Shown piece by piece: positions 1 through 12,800 of a DNA stretch of 44,401 nucleotides. The position numbers and the translations under genes were made by a program. The DNA comes from Pelomyxa schiedti (taxonomy: Eukaryota > Protista > Evosea), in assembly GCA_020536535.1 (NCBI GenBank), contig JAHLWZ010000929.1, forward strand, positions 1-44,401, in the 5' to 3' direction. The notes below the pieces were generated by a model. The model did no database searches and was not told where the DNA came from. It worked only from the letters and a program-made list of their open reading frames with translations. The first letter of the stretch is position 1; every line of letters starts with the position of its first letter.

Positions 1-747
1 CAGGTTCTTTTTAACTTAGCATTTAAGCTCCGCTATTTTAACAAAACCAGTCTTCCACCAGTAGTTGTTTCTGTATTTTCCGCATTTGAATCTCTGCTGC
101 ATGACCCAGAAGAGTGTGCCCTGAAGTTAGCAGCAATCAATGAACTCCACCTTGCCGACTCAATATCTGGTACCAGCCTCCATTATAATAGTTACTAACT
201 CCTCAAGGTGGTCCTGGCGAAGCTGTGAAGCAATTCTTTACGTGGATAGATAAAAGGATAATACAACCAGAGTTACAGTCCAAGCAACAGTTACCGGCTC
301 GCACTTGCTCTGAAGTTGCTGTAATTCTGAGCTCTTTAAATAGTGGGGAACATAACACTGCCTTGCCAGAACCTCACAACCACAACCCAACCACCACCCC
401 TGCCAAATCAACAGAAATCAATAGAGCAAATCATGCGTCCAGCACCTCTGTCGAAAACAATTTTGCAACTTCAGTACCCAAAAGGTGCTGCGGTACCTCT
501 GCAGTGGGCGGAGTTGATCTTCAAAAACATAAAGCAAAGACGGTGGGTAAAGGCGTGTGGTGGGCGACGGGGTGGCCCATTGATCGAATTGGACATTCGT
601 TCGTTACGTCATCTCGGCTGTGTTTGCCCGCCGCGCTCTCAAGTATTTTTTGGATTTTTTTTTTTTTGTGCTGTAGATGTCATAGGTGGTGGTGCGCCGA
701 ATTGGGTATTGTATGTGCGATTGCCGATGTTGGTGGCAGCTAACTGA
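1..747 (+). CDS. 3' part of a spliced protein-coding gene of unknown function (start lies upstream of the window)
   Basis: Open frames joined by GT-AG intron-like gaps: AFKLRYFNKTSLPP...DSISG|GPGEAVKQFFTWIDKR... and ...PLIELDIRSLRHLGCVCPPRSQ|...LPMLVAAN*, stop at 745-747. No family recognised; the internal exon joins are uncertain. Confidence 0.4.
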
Positions 748-1873
748 ATGCAGAAGCTTTGTTATTGGTGCCGCCTGAATCTTCTGCTGTACTGGCTAGT
801 ATTAAGACTTACTGGCATGCACTCCAAGCTTCCTGTGTGTAGTACCTTTATTGCATTGGTGAGCAAAAACAGGATTCCACCATATCACTTATGCAAGTTA
901 TGTCCTGCTTCAACCTATGGCGATGGAGTCATTTCACACTTCTCCAACAAGGTCATCTGGGCACATATCCCCACCAACCACAATCCACACCAGGGCTTGC
1001 TTGCTGGCATGCCAGCCACCATGGTGTCTCCATAGACTCAAAGAGTAAACAATGGAATAACAGTCTCTTCCATAACAATGTGTGAGCCAGTACACCACAG
1101 AACAAAGTTTCTTTTGTTCCCATAAGTCTGGGGTCCAAAAAAAACAAGGGTTTTTAAGGTAACCAGTCGGTGGAAAAATTGGGAACCACCCCCAAAGAAA
1201 TGGTTGCTGGACATTGCGTTGAAGAGATGTAAGACCTCTTCTGGCATTCAAACAACGTTGCAAAATGCCTAGCACCTAATTTGGCCATCAAAACATTTAA
1301 TAACAAACACCATTTTTGTTTGTTTTCAAATGGCACAAAAAGTTAGGATGAGCTCTACTGCTTTTGAACCTGCAACCTCACGAGCCACTGGGGCATAGAA
1401 GTAGCGCTATGGACAGCTGAGCCAAGCACCCTAGCTCAAAATAAGTGGAGGTATGGCTGATGTTATATATTATTTTAAGGCTGCAAAGCTGCTTGAGAGA
1501 GGAAAGAGGTAGGAGAGGAGGGAGGGAGGAACAACAGCATGATTGAGTAGTGACTGACTGACTGAGACTCAAAGTTGGTGAGTGTTGTGTGAAAGAGAGC
1601 CCCAGGGACAAACACTGTAGAACTGATTTGGTTTGTGAGCAATGGTGGATTAAGCAGTACAGCTAACTGCTGCAACAGTTGTTGGAGTTACATGATCATC
1701 CCCATCACCTTCTTTCGAACCGAAAAAATGTGGCATTTTTTAAAGCAGAAAAACCCTGGTCATTTTTTTCCGCGTGCTCTGCGTACTTTCCCAGAGAGCT
1801 TTCCCCCTACACAAGCTCCCCACTCAGCTGAAGAGTTTCTCTCCCACAGTTACAGCTACCCAACAACATACAG

Positions 1874-2817
1874 ATGTGGTGCACCCCACCCAGCGTACAC
1901 ATGCGCGGCCGCATCGCGAGGCGCTGCGCCGCCACGCTGCTGGCGATCCCCGTCGCTCTGTGGACCCTGGCGTACCTGTGCGGCCCCGCGGAGCCCCAGA
2001 TCCGCCACGCGGCCAAGCTCGCGTCGGCGTGCGCCATGGGCCTGCTAGCCGTGTCCATGACGTGGCCCCTCGTGCGCGCCGCGTTCTCGTCGAGCCAGAG
2101 GGGGAGGCGCGACCTGCTGCGCGAGTTCACGTGGCAGTGGTTCGTGCTGTCGTCCTTCTTCAATTTGGTGTGGCAGGTGCCTCTGGTTTTGTTCCGCGGG
2201 ACTATTGTGGAGGCGCCGAAAACTCGCGGCAACTTGTTCCTGTTCATAGCGTGGTGGGGATACGGTTTCGCGGACTCACACTATGGCACTGTGACTCAGT
2301 GGATGAAGAGCGAAGAGGTACTACTACTACCACTGCTTCTCCTTTGTGCTTTCATTGTTTTTCTAACATTATCCTCCTTCACCCTTTTTTTTTTTCTTTT
2401 TTTCATCCTACCCTTGTATAGTTGATGTGGTTTCTTGCGATTGTTGTTGGGGCAGTGGGAATGGTTTTGAATATTTCCGGAACTAAGAAAGGGAAATCTG
2501 ATAAAGTCACACAAAAACAAGCAATTGGCTATACTTTGATGGGGATTGCCTCTATTTGCGAATCATATAATGCCACACTTTACGTTGTTTATGACTGTCT
2601 CACTGGATTCCAAAACATAGTTGAAAAAGATTGGCTGTCTTTGGCTCTTTACTGGGGGTAAGTTTTCGAGTTTTCCTTCCCTCTATCACACTAATATTCA
2701 AATAGGTTCAATCCCCTTTGGGCTGGTTGTTCCCTAGCTGGCGGAATAATCTGCCTCTATGAAGTCCTGCACTGCAATGACTGGGGACGAAACACAACCC
2801 CCAAGAAATCAACGTAG
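1874..2817 (+). CDS. EXPERA/emopamil-binding-protein-like multi-pass ER membrane protein (3 exons)
   Basis: Spliced product has several TM helices and EBP-like motifs WWGYGFADSHY, a downstream Glu pair (KSEE) and YWG|FNPLW. It ends in KKST*, a KKXX ER-retrieval signal. Introns at ~2318-2421 and ~2658-2705. The start could be 1874 or 1901. Confidence 0.7.
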
Positions 2818-2892
2818 ATGTCTGTCCGTTACGAATTCTGTTCCCGTAACCGTAATTTGAAGTAATTTAAAAAAAAAACTCTTCGGCCGCCA

Positions 2893-3930
2893 ATGCATCA
2901 CACAGCGGCTTCCTCCGGAGGACCGCAGCAGCCTACGTCGGGCGCGAGCGTCGACGGAGCCGCGGGGAACACGCGCGTGCTCGCGTGCCTGGCGTTCCGC
3001 GCCGCCGCGGCCGCCAACTGCGCCATCGCGCTGCTGTGGCTTGCCAAGGAGATATCGCAGCAGACGACGATCGTGGTGGCCGCGATCATGCCCATGTTCC
3101 TGACCAACTGGGGCGTGTTCTCCGCCCTCGTGCAGTTCGCCTACTCCACGTTCTCGACGCTCTCCCGCCACACCGGCGGCGCCGCCGGCACCTCCGCGGG
3201 CACGCCCCCCGAGGCCCAGGCCCCCGCGGCCTCGTGCTCGGCCATACCCGCCACCGCGAACACCAACAGGGCCCTGTTCCGCGCGTCGCTGGCCACCAAC
3301 GCGGTCATCACGGCCGTGTTCTGGGGGCTGTGGGCGTGGGACCCCTCGACGATGATGCCCCCGCGCAGCGTCCTGCGGGCCGCGGGCCAGGAGTCCTTCG
3401 ACTACCCCATCACGCTGTGCCTGATGCAGCACCTCCTGCCCTGGCTGCTCCTCTCGGTCGACCTGCTCTGCTACGGCGTGGTGCCCCCGCTGGGCCTGGT
3501 CCGCGCCCAGGCGGCCCAGCGCCCGCCGTCCCTCAGGATGATGGGCGAGGGCCGCGCCCGCCGCGACGCCATGCCCCTCGCCGTGGTGTTCGTCAAGGAC
3601 TGCGTGGGCCAGGTGGCCCTGCAGCTGGTCCAGGGCGGCGTGATGCTGGCCGGGAGCTTCTACCTCGGCGCCTTCCCGTACCCCTTTGTCGACGAGCTGT
3701 GGAAGACCCCGGTGCTGTGCTTCATGGCCGCGGTGCTGTTCCTGGGCCTCACCTGCATGCTCTCGTTCCTGTGCACCGCCGCCACCCTCGTGCGCTCCGT
3801 CCCGCCGCTGGGCAGCGACGCCGCCCTGGCCGTCGGCGGCGGGACTCGCTATGGCCGGCTGGACGACCTGGACCAGTGGTCTGTATCTACTACTGCTCAC
3901 ACGAGGAAACGCAAGAATGGGCTGCTGTAA
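2893..3930 (+). CDS. FAR-17a/AIG1/ADTRP-like integral membrane Thr/His hydrolase (intronless)
   Basis: 345-aa ORF with family motifs FLTNWG (catalytic Thr position), ITAVFWGLWAWDP, LMQHLLP (catalytic His position) and FPYPF, plus multiple TM segments. Confidence 0.75.
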   Translation: MHHTAASSGGPQQPTSGASVDGAAGNTRVLACLAFRAAAAANCAIALLWLAKEISQQTTIVVAAIMPMFLTNWGVFSALVQFAYSTFSTLSRHTGGAAGTSAGTPPEAQAPAASCSAIPATANTNRALFRASLATNAVITAVFWGLWAWDPSTMMPPRSVLRAAGQESFDYPITLCLMQHLLPWLLLSVDLLCYGVVPPLGLVRAQAAQRPPSLRMMGEGRARRDAMPLAVVFVKDCVGQVALQLVQGGVMLAGSFYLGAFPYPFVDELWKTPVLCFMAAVLFLGLTCMLSFLCTAATLVRSVPPLGSDAALAVGGGTRYGRLDDLDQWSVSTTAHTRKRKNGLL

Positions 3931-4196
3931 ACTTTGTGTCATAAACCAATTGTGGCAAATTTGAGGTGGAGTCCAAACAACAACAAAAAAAAAACTGTTC
4001 CACAGAAGATAGTCCAGCTCCACTTGGTGTATGTGGGCAGATAAGCTTTCTTGAATATTGTTTGAAGAGGGAATACATTGCAAGAAGGGACGTGGGTCCC
4101 GACTTACATTAAAACTTCTACACGCCAAAAAACCGGGACCAGGAAGATAGAACAACGGGGTGTTGGTAAATTGTGGGATCTTTTTCTTTTCTGCAT

Positions 4197-5703
4197 TTAA
4201 AGAGAAATGGCGGTTTTGCAGACAGGGCACGTTTTGTTTAATAGCAACCACTTGTCTATGCACTATTGTGTGTTAATGAAATCAATTTGCACATAAGGGG
4301 TCCATACGGGGTGATGAAATGTGTGGGTACACGGAAGAACGCGAGTCATCTGCCCTTCTTCCATTGTGTCCAGGCAAATGGAACATTCTTGATTAGACCC
4401 AGCCTGCACAGCAGTGAGTAATTTCCAAAACAACAAATTGCAGAAGGAAAGGGAGTCTTACTGGTGCAGGAACAAGCTTAAGAGATGCTATCTCATCTTT
4501 TCGGGCACCTTTCCTGTTAGGAACTTTTTCATCAAGCTGCAAGAGAGTCTCATAATCCTCACTGGATATTTCTCTAGGTAGGATTGGTGAAAAGTGTCAA
4601 CAAGCAATAAAACAAAAAAACCTGTCCATCAAATCAGCAAGGTTTCGGGAAAGTGTTCCTGTTTGTGCACCCGGAGGGCCACCTAAAAAGTACCTCACTG
4701 GGAGAAAAGAGGAACGAGTCCTGAGATTTCGAGCACTTCTCTCGATTGCGGTCTGAGTATTATGTGCGGGTTGAGTTGAAGTGTGTGAGGCCGTATCTGA
4801 GGTAGTTTCCGTGGAAAGAGCTTCGACTTGAGTGAAAACTAACTTAGGTCGCTGAGTCAGGCGTTGCACAAAAGCCGCAACTCTAGCCTGTGCTTCTTGT
4901 GCTTCTTCTACAACTGCGGCTTGTTCAACCTCAGCAAGTTGCCTGGCATATGCTTCATCTTGCTTCTCTTGAAGTTCTCGCTCTGATGGTGCTGAAGTAG
5001 ATTCAGGGGTATGAGTGCCTGGACCATCTTTGTGGGGCTTTTCCTGCTCGGTGGTTGTTTGCGTGTGACTTTGTGAGTCAGGAGCTTCCTCTTCCGTTCC
5101 AGACTGACGTGCTCTGGGTTTGGAAGATGGCTGCTTGTGTTTGGGCTTTGGTGTATTGGTATTTTTGTGATGAACATCATTTGGCTCAGCGTCGTCGCTG
5201 TTCGACGAGTCTCCCCCGTCTGCAGCCTCTTCTGGCGTGTTTTTCTTTTCTTTTTTCTTGATTCTCGTCTTCAGAGGCTCCCGTTTCTCACCCCTCTCTT
5301 CTTTCTCAGGCTTTTCGCCCCCGTCATCGCAACTCTTAAACAAAACTGGGCGGCAACGGCGGTTGGGCTTCCGAGCCAAAACCACAGACGAAGTAGTCGT
5401 AGATCTGGATCTGATTGGCAGTTCCGGCTTCTCCTCTACGTCCCGGTCCGGATCTTGTTTCCCCCGTTTATTTGAGTTTTTTGCCGAAGAACATGCGGAC
5501 GGCAACTTCGTTGATCGCGTAGACGACGTTGTTGTCGACGATGTGGTAGCCGTGCTGCTCGTCGTGCTGCTGTTTGTTGTAGTAGTTGAATTCGAAGGAG
5601 ATCCAACAGCGGGAGCAACGTCAGTGCGCCTTTTTTTGGACATCTTATCCGCGGAAATGGCTATCGTCTGCGGCGCTCTTTTGCGGTGCGTCGTCTCCGA
5701 CAT
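4197..5703 (-). CDS. RING-H2 E3 ubiquitin ligase with long low-complexity N-terminus
   Basis: C-terminal spliced exons give YETLLQLDE...CSICLDTMEEGQMTRVLPCTHTFHHP|CIDKWLLLNKTCPVCKTAISL* (C3H2C3). QEKQDEAYARQLAE resembles a ubiquitin-binding helix. The N-terminus has basic NLS-like stretches. Confidence 0.85.
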
Positions 5704-5992
5704 GCACCTGTGCGTTCGCAAAGGGGAAAAAAAAGGGAATGATTGCAGTTGCCACAAGTTTTAATTAAATCTGTTCCAACAGATTCTTCCCTTTCAGAAA
5801 AGAACTCTGGGGAAGGAGATTGGAGGAACTGGAAGAGAGACTGTGTATGAAGTCTATGGGCCAGGCACCCGTCGCTACCACCCAGGTTGAAGAGTCCATT
5901 GGACGGTCAACGCCGGAATTATTTTCTTCTCGTCCTCTGACAAAGAGAAAATATTAATCACAAAATAAAAATATTCACGAACTAGTATCACG

Positions 5993-6519
5993 ATGGTGTG
6001 CGGCCGTGTGGTTTCGGTGTTATGGTGTGCTTATTAACGAAAATCACAGAGGGCTCCAAGGGGTGTTTCATCACGTTCCTCGAGCGGTGTTCCTAAGGGC
6101 ACAAATCCCAGAAGGCAAAATCCCTCACTTTTTTTTTTTCCCTTCTTCTTTTCCCTCCTTTACCTCCACCGTTGTGCACAAGAATGCTCTTTTTCTTTTT
6201 TTCCTTTTTAATGTTTACATTAAATAGGAGGGCATCTGGTCGCTCTGTTGCCACGACAAGCAGCAGCTCCGGTGGTGGGGCAACCGGAATTGCTAAGAGC
6301 TTGCTCGGAATGTACAACGATGATTCACCCGGACTTAAAGTGTATGTGTCCTCATCTAATAAGATATTGATCGATTCACCATCATTATACAAATACAACT
6401 CTCCTCAACCATAACCAAAATACTTTTCGTGCAGAGGACCAACAGCCGTACTCATAATGAGTCTGTCATTCATCTGTTTTGTTGTCTTTTTGCACATTTG
6501 GGGCAAATTCAGACGGTGA
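5993..6519 (+). CDS. SEC61B: Protein transport protein Sec61 subunit beta (4 exons)
   Basis: Exons 5993-5995, 6050-6114, 6228-6341 and 6435-6519 give [88 protein letters not shown]. This matches the Sec61beta signature YxxDSPGxKVGP...LHIWGK. Confidence 0.93.
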
Positions 6520-6854
6520 TCCTTGAAAATCATGTTGTTCATCAATAGGATTAATATTTTTTCCCTTACTTCCTGTTTCTCAACAGCCCAAACCCCACAT
6601 ACTTTTTTTCTTTTTCCCTTCACCTTTTTCTGTTCATGTCTGACAATGGGAACAACCGTTACAAGAACCCATCATTTCGTTTAGTGACTTGGTTCTTGGG
6701 CAAATAACCACTGCGAAGTGCTGTAGTTTGCAGATTACACATCAGAGACCTGAGCTCTGGTCTCGTTGCTTCTTTTGAGATCCCCAAAATTTTTTTTGCG
6801 AACGAAACTGGTTTTTTTCATCACAATTTTTTCTGCCAGGGGTCAAGGGAGCCC

Positions 6855-9800
6855 ATGTCACAGCCACAACAACCGGCAGAAGCGTGGTTTGAGCCTCTGA
6901 GTCGTCACATATCGGATCTACGTTCTTCTAGGTGGTGTCATTTCGATTGTGAAATCGCTGCCTTTGTTGTTGTGGAGTTTTTTTTTTGTTTTTTGTTTTT
7001 TTGGTTTTGCTCGTCAGGTTTTTTCCTCGTGTCATTATGCTTATTGACTTTTGCTAGAAATGAAGAGTCGCGGGATAGGGCTGCAAGGAATTTGAGGGCC
7101 TTTGTCTTTTCGTGTTTGCGTGACTTCTTTGGTGAATCGTTGACCAAGTAGAGTTCTTTGTTCCCTTGTTGTTCACGTCTAGCCTGGCTAATATGTCTTG
7201 TTCAGATTTATTGGCAGCCTCAATTCTTTATTGAGTGGCCTTCTTGAGCCTACCACCCAAATCACTGAAAAAATCAATGCAGTGCATGCAATCGGTATCA
7301 GATATTCAATCTGTAGACCTTCCCCAACATATACAGACCAGCTTGTGGACCCTGAATTTGAGGAGAACATTGCCCATTTTTGCACTCTGCTACAAAAAGC
7401 ACTGGCTGTCAATGACCATGGTGTCCTTATTGCAGCTTCCCGGGCACTTGGTGCACTTTACTTTTTGACTGCCTGCCCATTTGAAGTCTCTAAATTGTGA
7501 AATATAGGACACTTGGCCCGAATTGGTGGCAATTCATCCGCTGATGGAGTGGAGACTCAACTTGATGTAGCAATACATCTTCTACCATCGCCACAAGTAC
7601 CCACTCCCACCACAAACTCGATTCCTTAGAAAAACTAGGCAGAGAGAAAGCTATGTGCAGTGCTCGTTTTGAAAGAGCTAGCAATTAATGTGCCTGTTTT
7701 ATTTTCTTCACATTTACCAGCTTTCATGAAAGATATCACATCAGCACTTCATCACCCCTCTGTGTGTCTTCCATTTTGCGGTTTCTCAAAATTAACTTGG
7801 AACAGATAGTAATAAGAGTTGAATCTCATGAGGCATTAAATGCGTGCCTTGATATATGCTCTAAGCGTGACAATATCCAAAATAAGGCTTGGTATCAGAT
7901 ACTTTTCAGTGCAGCAGAACAAGTTATAGGGACTCAGACAGGTTCACCTGAAGCCCTTCATGGCGCTCTACTGACATACGGTGTGCAAGAGTGTTTTAAG
8001 TTAAATGTCACAATGTGATACAGTATCTTTGCTCAGTTATGCTGGCCAATGGATGACTCACGAATGTGAGACTGCCAGAGCAGAAAAAAAGACCAGATTT
8101 GAGCAAGTTCATCAAACTTTTGCAAGGTTGTCCAAGGAGAAAAATTCCAAAGACAGAGATAGACTTGTCAGGCGTGCTGGTTGTTTTTTGTCCGAACTTT
8201 ATACTCCAATAACAAAGCCCAGTGATTGCCAGCATTCCCCATCTTGCCAAAGAGCCTTACACAAAGGAATTTGTGACCCTGTCATTGGAAGCCTGGGTAC
8301 ATTTCCTGTTGGCTGCAACAAAACCTGGGCAACATGATAAGTCATTAGCCTTTGAGTCTTTGAGCTCTCTGTTGGAGGTTGACTTGTAGTGGCAGCACGC
8401 TTTGTTCAATTCTTTCAACAGATTGTTGGATCTCACTTCCTATCTGAAGTACCAGAGATATTTCAAGTGATTAGTACAGCACTGCAACCAAAAAAACCTT
8501 GTCTTGCTGCCTTAACTTGCTTGGCAACTTTAACTAAGCAACTGAAAATTGGTTCTGAAACGGGAAGAATACAGCCAGATGACTATGAAAACCAGATCGC
8601 TCAAATAATTAGTACGGTCTTTTCCTCCCATTTTTTGGTTAAATGCATACAAAAGAGATGGCTGTTCAATTGGGATTAAGTACCACATTGGTCCATTCTT
8701 TGCGCGAATTGAAGAAGTGCACATCCTCTGTCTATGCCAAGTCGTCTTTTATGCCTTCCTTAGAGAAAGTTATTGATTCAAGTCTATTTACTGTAATTTC
8801 AACAGTAAGATTCTCAGTGCTCCCCCAGGTTCTAATTATCTGCTCTTGGTAGGTGCTGAGAAATACAGTTACACATACAGGACTGGTTCCTGGCTCTCGT
8901 GTTCCTGTGGGATTATGACTTCATTCTGCTTTGTCTCACCTTTTTTTTTTCAGAATCTTGATCCAGACCCTCAGCTCATTTTGGCATTGCATACTCTTGG
9001 CTCCTTTGAGTTTGAATCCCTTGATGTTAGAAACTTGCGTGACTGGGTGCACTTCCTGGATGCCGACTCCCCGTATTTACCTTCGAACAGTACTTCTTCA
9101 TTTAAGAGGTATTAAAGAGCAATCCGTAAAGAAGCTGCCATCACCTGTGCACACCTCATGCTTCAGGCAGGTGACCCTCTGCCTGTACGAGGGCAGCCTG
9201 GTGAGGTAATTTCTGAGGTTTTACAAAAACTACTTATGGTTGGCATTGCCGATCCAGGTTTCATCTCTTCAAATTAATTTCCCTAACATTTCATAGACCC
9301 AGAGATTAGAAAAACCGTTTTTGAAAAATTTGAACCCAGATTTGACCAACACTTGGCCCAAGCGGAAAATCTCCGCTCTCTCTTTACTGCATTGAACGAC
9401 GAATGCTTTGATGTTGGTCCCACCCTAGCCAACAATAAAATCAGAAAATGTGATCTCTTATAGATTAGGGAGATAGCGATTGTTTTGATAGGCAGATTAA
9501 CATCCCGCAACCCAGCCTATGTAATGCCTTCTCTTCGTAAGACTCTGATTCAGTTGTTAACTGAACTTGGTATGTAAATGTAAGTTGGGGAGAGGGTTCA
9601 TTTTAACTTTTTTGAAAGAATACTCTGGGGACAACAAAAGCAAAGAAGAGAGTGCCGTTCTTCTAGGCCGTTTAATTGTCTCATCAGAAAAACTCATCAA
9701 GCCCTGTGTGGAGTCTATCCTCAAAGCTCTATTACCCAAACTGGGACCTGGTTATGACTGCTGTTCTTTGTTGTTTTCTATTCATCGAAGTGCAGACTCA

Positions 9801-12800
9801 AGTACCCGAGTTGAACAAAGTGTATTGGCAACCTTAGGTGACCTTTCTGTTGTTGGTGCAGAGTCAATGGCTCCACATGTAAGAGAATTAGTTCCTCTGA
9901 TTATCACCATTCTGAAAGATCAAAGTGCCACAAGTAGGTTTTCTTAGTCATTTTTTTTTTCTATGTTTGATTCCATTCAACTAGCCAAGCGTGTGGCGAA
10001 ACGGGAAGTTGCCCTCCACACTCTGGGTCAACTTGTAAGAAGCACGGGTTATGTCATTGAGCCATTCCTTGATTACAAGGATCTACTGGAAATCATAATG
10101 AAGGGAATCTCTTCTGAGAGAAGTCCCACTATACGCTCTGAGCTTTTGAAGGGTCTTGGGATCCTTGGTGCTGTTGACCCATATAGACACAAGGTTTTTA
10201 TTTCTTCGTGTTTCCATATCGGTAGTTGAAAGCTCTTTTTAGATGGTCGTTCAGGCTGACTTGGCTTTAGTAAGCTCAAAGCCAGGTACAATGCATCTAG
10301 TGCCTACCAACACCTAATCTGCCTTAGGCTCAGCTAGTAGTGACATTCCTCTTCCCACAGTCTCCTCCAGTAGTAACGAGTACAATCCCACTGTTGTGAT
10401 CACTGCTTTAATGAAGATAATGCGTGACCCTAACCTGTCTGTGGTATCCCTTTATTCCAACTCACTGGGGTGTTACTGATTAACGCACTCACTTAGAATC
10501 GTGAAGTAGTTTTAACCGACCTCATGCTCAGCCTCCACAATCTAGGAATAGGGTGCAGGAAATTTCTGCCGGTTGTAGTCCCAGAATTAATGCATGTGAT
10601 GCATAAGTGTGAAGCTGGTATGATTTGTTCTAGTTCTCATTCATTAGCATTAAAGCTGCAAAGGCTTCCGAGAACAGATTTTCAAAGCATTAGCAGAGCT
10701 GGTTGGAATTGTGAAACAGCATATCCGTGACTACTCAGATAGCCTGTTCAATGTACAATCACCTTTGTTTCTCCTTGTAATCCTTACTCTCACAGCTCAT
10801 GCTTGAATTCTGGGATTCTTCACTACTTTCACCAATACTAGCACTTGCAGAACAAATTTCGTGTGCACTAAATGAAGAATTTAAGGTCAGACCATTGATG
10901 ACCACAAAAGTTACTTAAATCACAGCAGGCCTCTCTTCCACGTTTAATTCCTTTGGTTTTGCAAGAGTTACAACCTAGCAAACTCAAACCTATTAATGCA
11001 ACAAAGATCTTAAAAGCTTTGGAAACTTTTGGTGCTAACATAGAAGACTACTTACATCTCATAATCCCTGCTCTAGTATATCTTTTGCTTCAAATTAGCT
11101 CTTCCCCTCATTACTAAAGGTTGGGTTACTTGAACAAAATGAAGGACAAGTAGTGAAGGCTGCTATTGAAACGTTGAGAATGTATATACATCCCACCACA
11201 ACATTTCTTTAATTTGTTGCAGGCTGTGCACAAAACTAAATTTTTCTGACTATGTGTCGAAAATTATTCATCCTCTTAACCGCCTACTGGAGAAAAATCC
11301 CCCACCTCCTATACGTGAAGAAATAATGAAGGTGTGGACCAGCAAACTGTATTTAATATTTTATTATTTGACTGTATTACAGACACTGTGTACCCTCATT
11401 AGAAAGCTGGGGAGTGACTACTCCATCTTCATTCCAATGGTAATTGAAACAAAGATATTAGATGCATTAACTGTTATCAAAGATACGAAAATACCTTGTC
11501 AAACATCGAATTGTTTATCCAGAATATGAAGGGCTAGTTGGATCTCTTTTATCTGGTCAACCCTTAGTTGAGAAAGAGATCATCGATGTGTAATTCACTA
11601 GTTTTTAATTGGGTTCTATTGAAAACATTGTAGCACTCCCAAAGAATCAGACAAAGACCCCACCAAAGATGATAACTCACAGAAGGTTAAAAAAAAAGCT
11701 ACCAGTGTTCGAGTCATCCAACAAGGTCTCTCTTTTCCATTACAGCACACCCACTGACCTGAGAAAAAAGCATGGGAATCGTCTGCTCAACGTGTCTCCA
11801 AGGATGATTGGCTTGAATGGATGAGGAAATTCAGTGGTGCCTTGATAGCAGAGTCTCCTGATCCTTCGTTATATGCATGTCTGGCGCTGGTATTTTCATC
11901 TGCATTTCTGAGATAGTAACACCAACCTTACAATAGGCATTGGATTACCCTCCTCTTGTAAAGGAACTTTTTAATGCAGTCTTTTTGTCTGTTTGGAACG
12001 AACTTCACGAGTCCTTGCAAGTCCAACTGGTTGCCAATTTGGAAAGTGTATTAAATATTGAAAGCATGCCTCATGAAATTCTGCAAACTTTATTGAATCT
12101 TGCTGAGTGTATTATTTTATCATCTGTTTACTTTCAGTAATTCCTCCCAGATATGGAACACGAAGAAAAAGCCTTGCCCATTGAGAGGTTAGGTTCCATT
12201 GCCCAGCGGTGCCATGCTTATGCAAAGGCTTTGCACTACAAGGTGCTCTATCAATGAAAGAATATCCTTTTCCAAATGTTAATTTCACCTTCTTGCCTAG
12301 GAGATGGAGTTTCAACAGAAACCCAATTCGCCAGGTATCATTGAAGAACTCATAAGTATAAACCATCAACTGCAGCAGCCGGAGGCGGCAGAAGGAATCG
12401 TTGCTTACGCAAAGCAACGCCAAACAGTAGAGTTGCAGGAAAGCTTGTATGAAAAACTGGGAAAGTGGGAGCGTATGGTCTCCAGACTAGTTTGATTTAT
12501 TTGTCAAATTTGGTGCAGAAGCACTCTCTGTATACGAAGCTAAGTATAAAGAAGGACCCCTCAATTTCACTACTGTTCTGGGACAAATGCGTTGTCTTCA
12601 TGCAATTGGGGAATGGGAGCAACTGGCGGAGTTAACCCAAGCACATTGGAACGATGCAGCTTTGGATATCAAGAAGGAGATAGCTCCTCTAGCAGCCACT
12701 TCTTCCCTCAATTTATCTTCGTGGAATGCAAGTGGCTCTTTTTTTTGGAGGATAACTAATATCAAGCAGAAAATGAGGGAATATGTTGAGATTATGGGCA

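Noticed and set aside
595-630. RSLRHLGCVC resemblance to a DNA polymerase epsilon segment
   Set aside because: A short match near the protein C-terminus with no supporting flanking similarity.
2809-4263. 484-aa minus-strand ORF and 319-aa alternate-frame ORF
   Set aside because: Shadow ORFs of the GC-rich AIG1-like gene; high GC suppresses stops and they carry no motifs.
6093-6623. Minus-strand ORFs 6093-6398 and 6405-6623 as a small gene
   Set aside because: They are antisense to the clearly recognisable Sec61beta gene.
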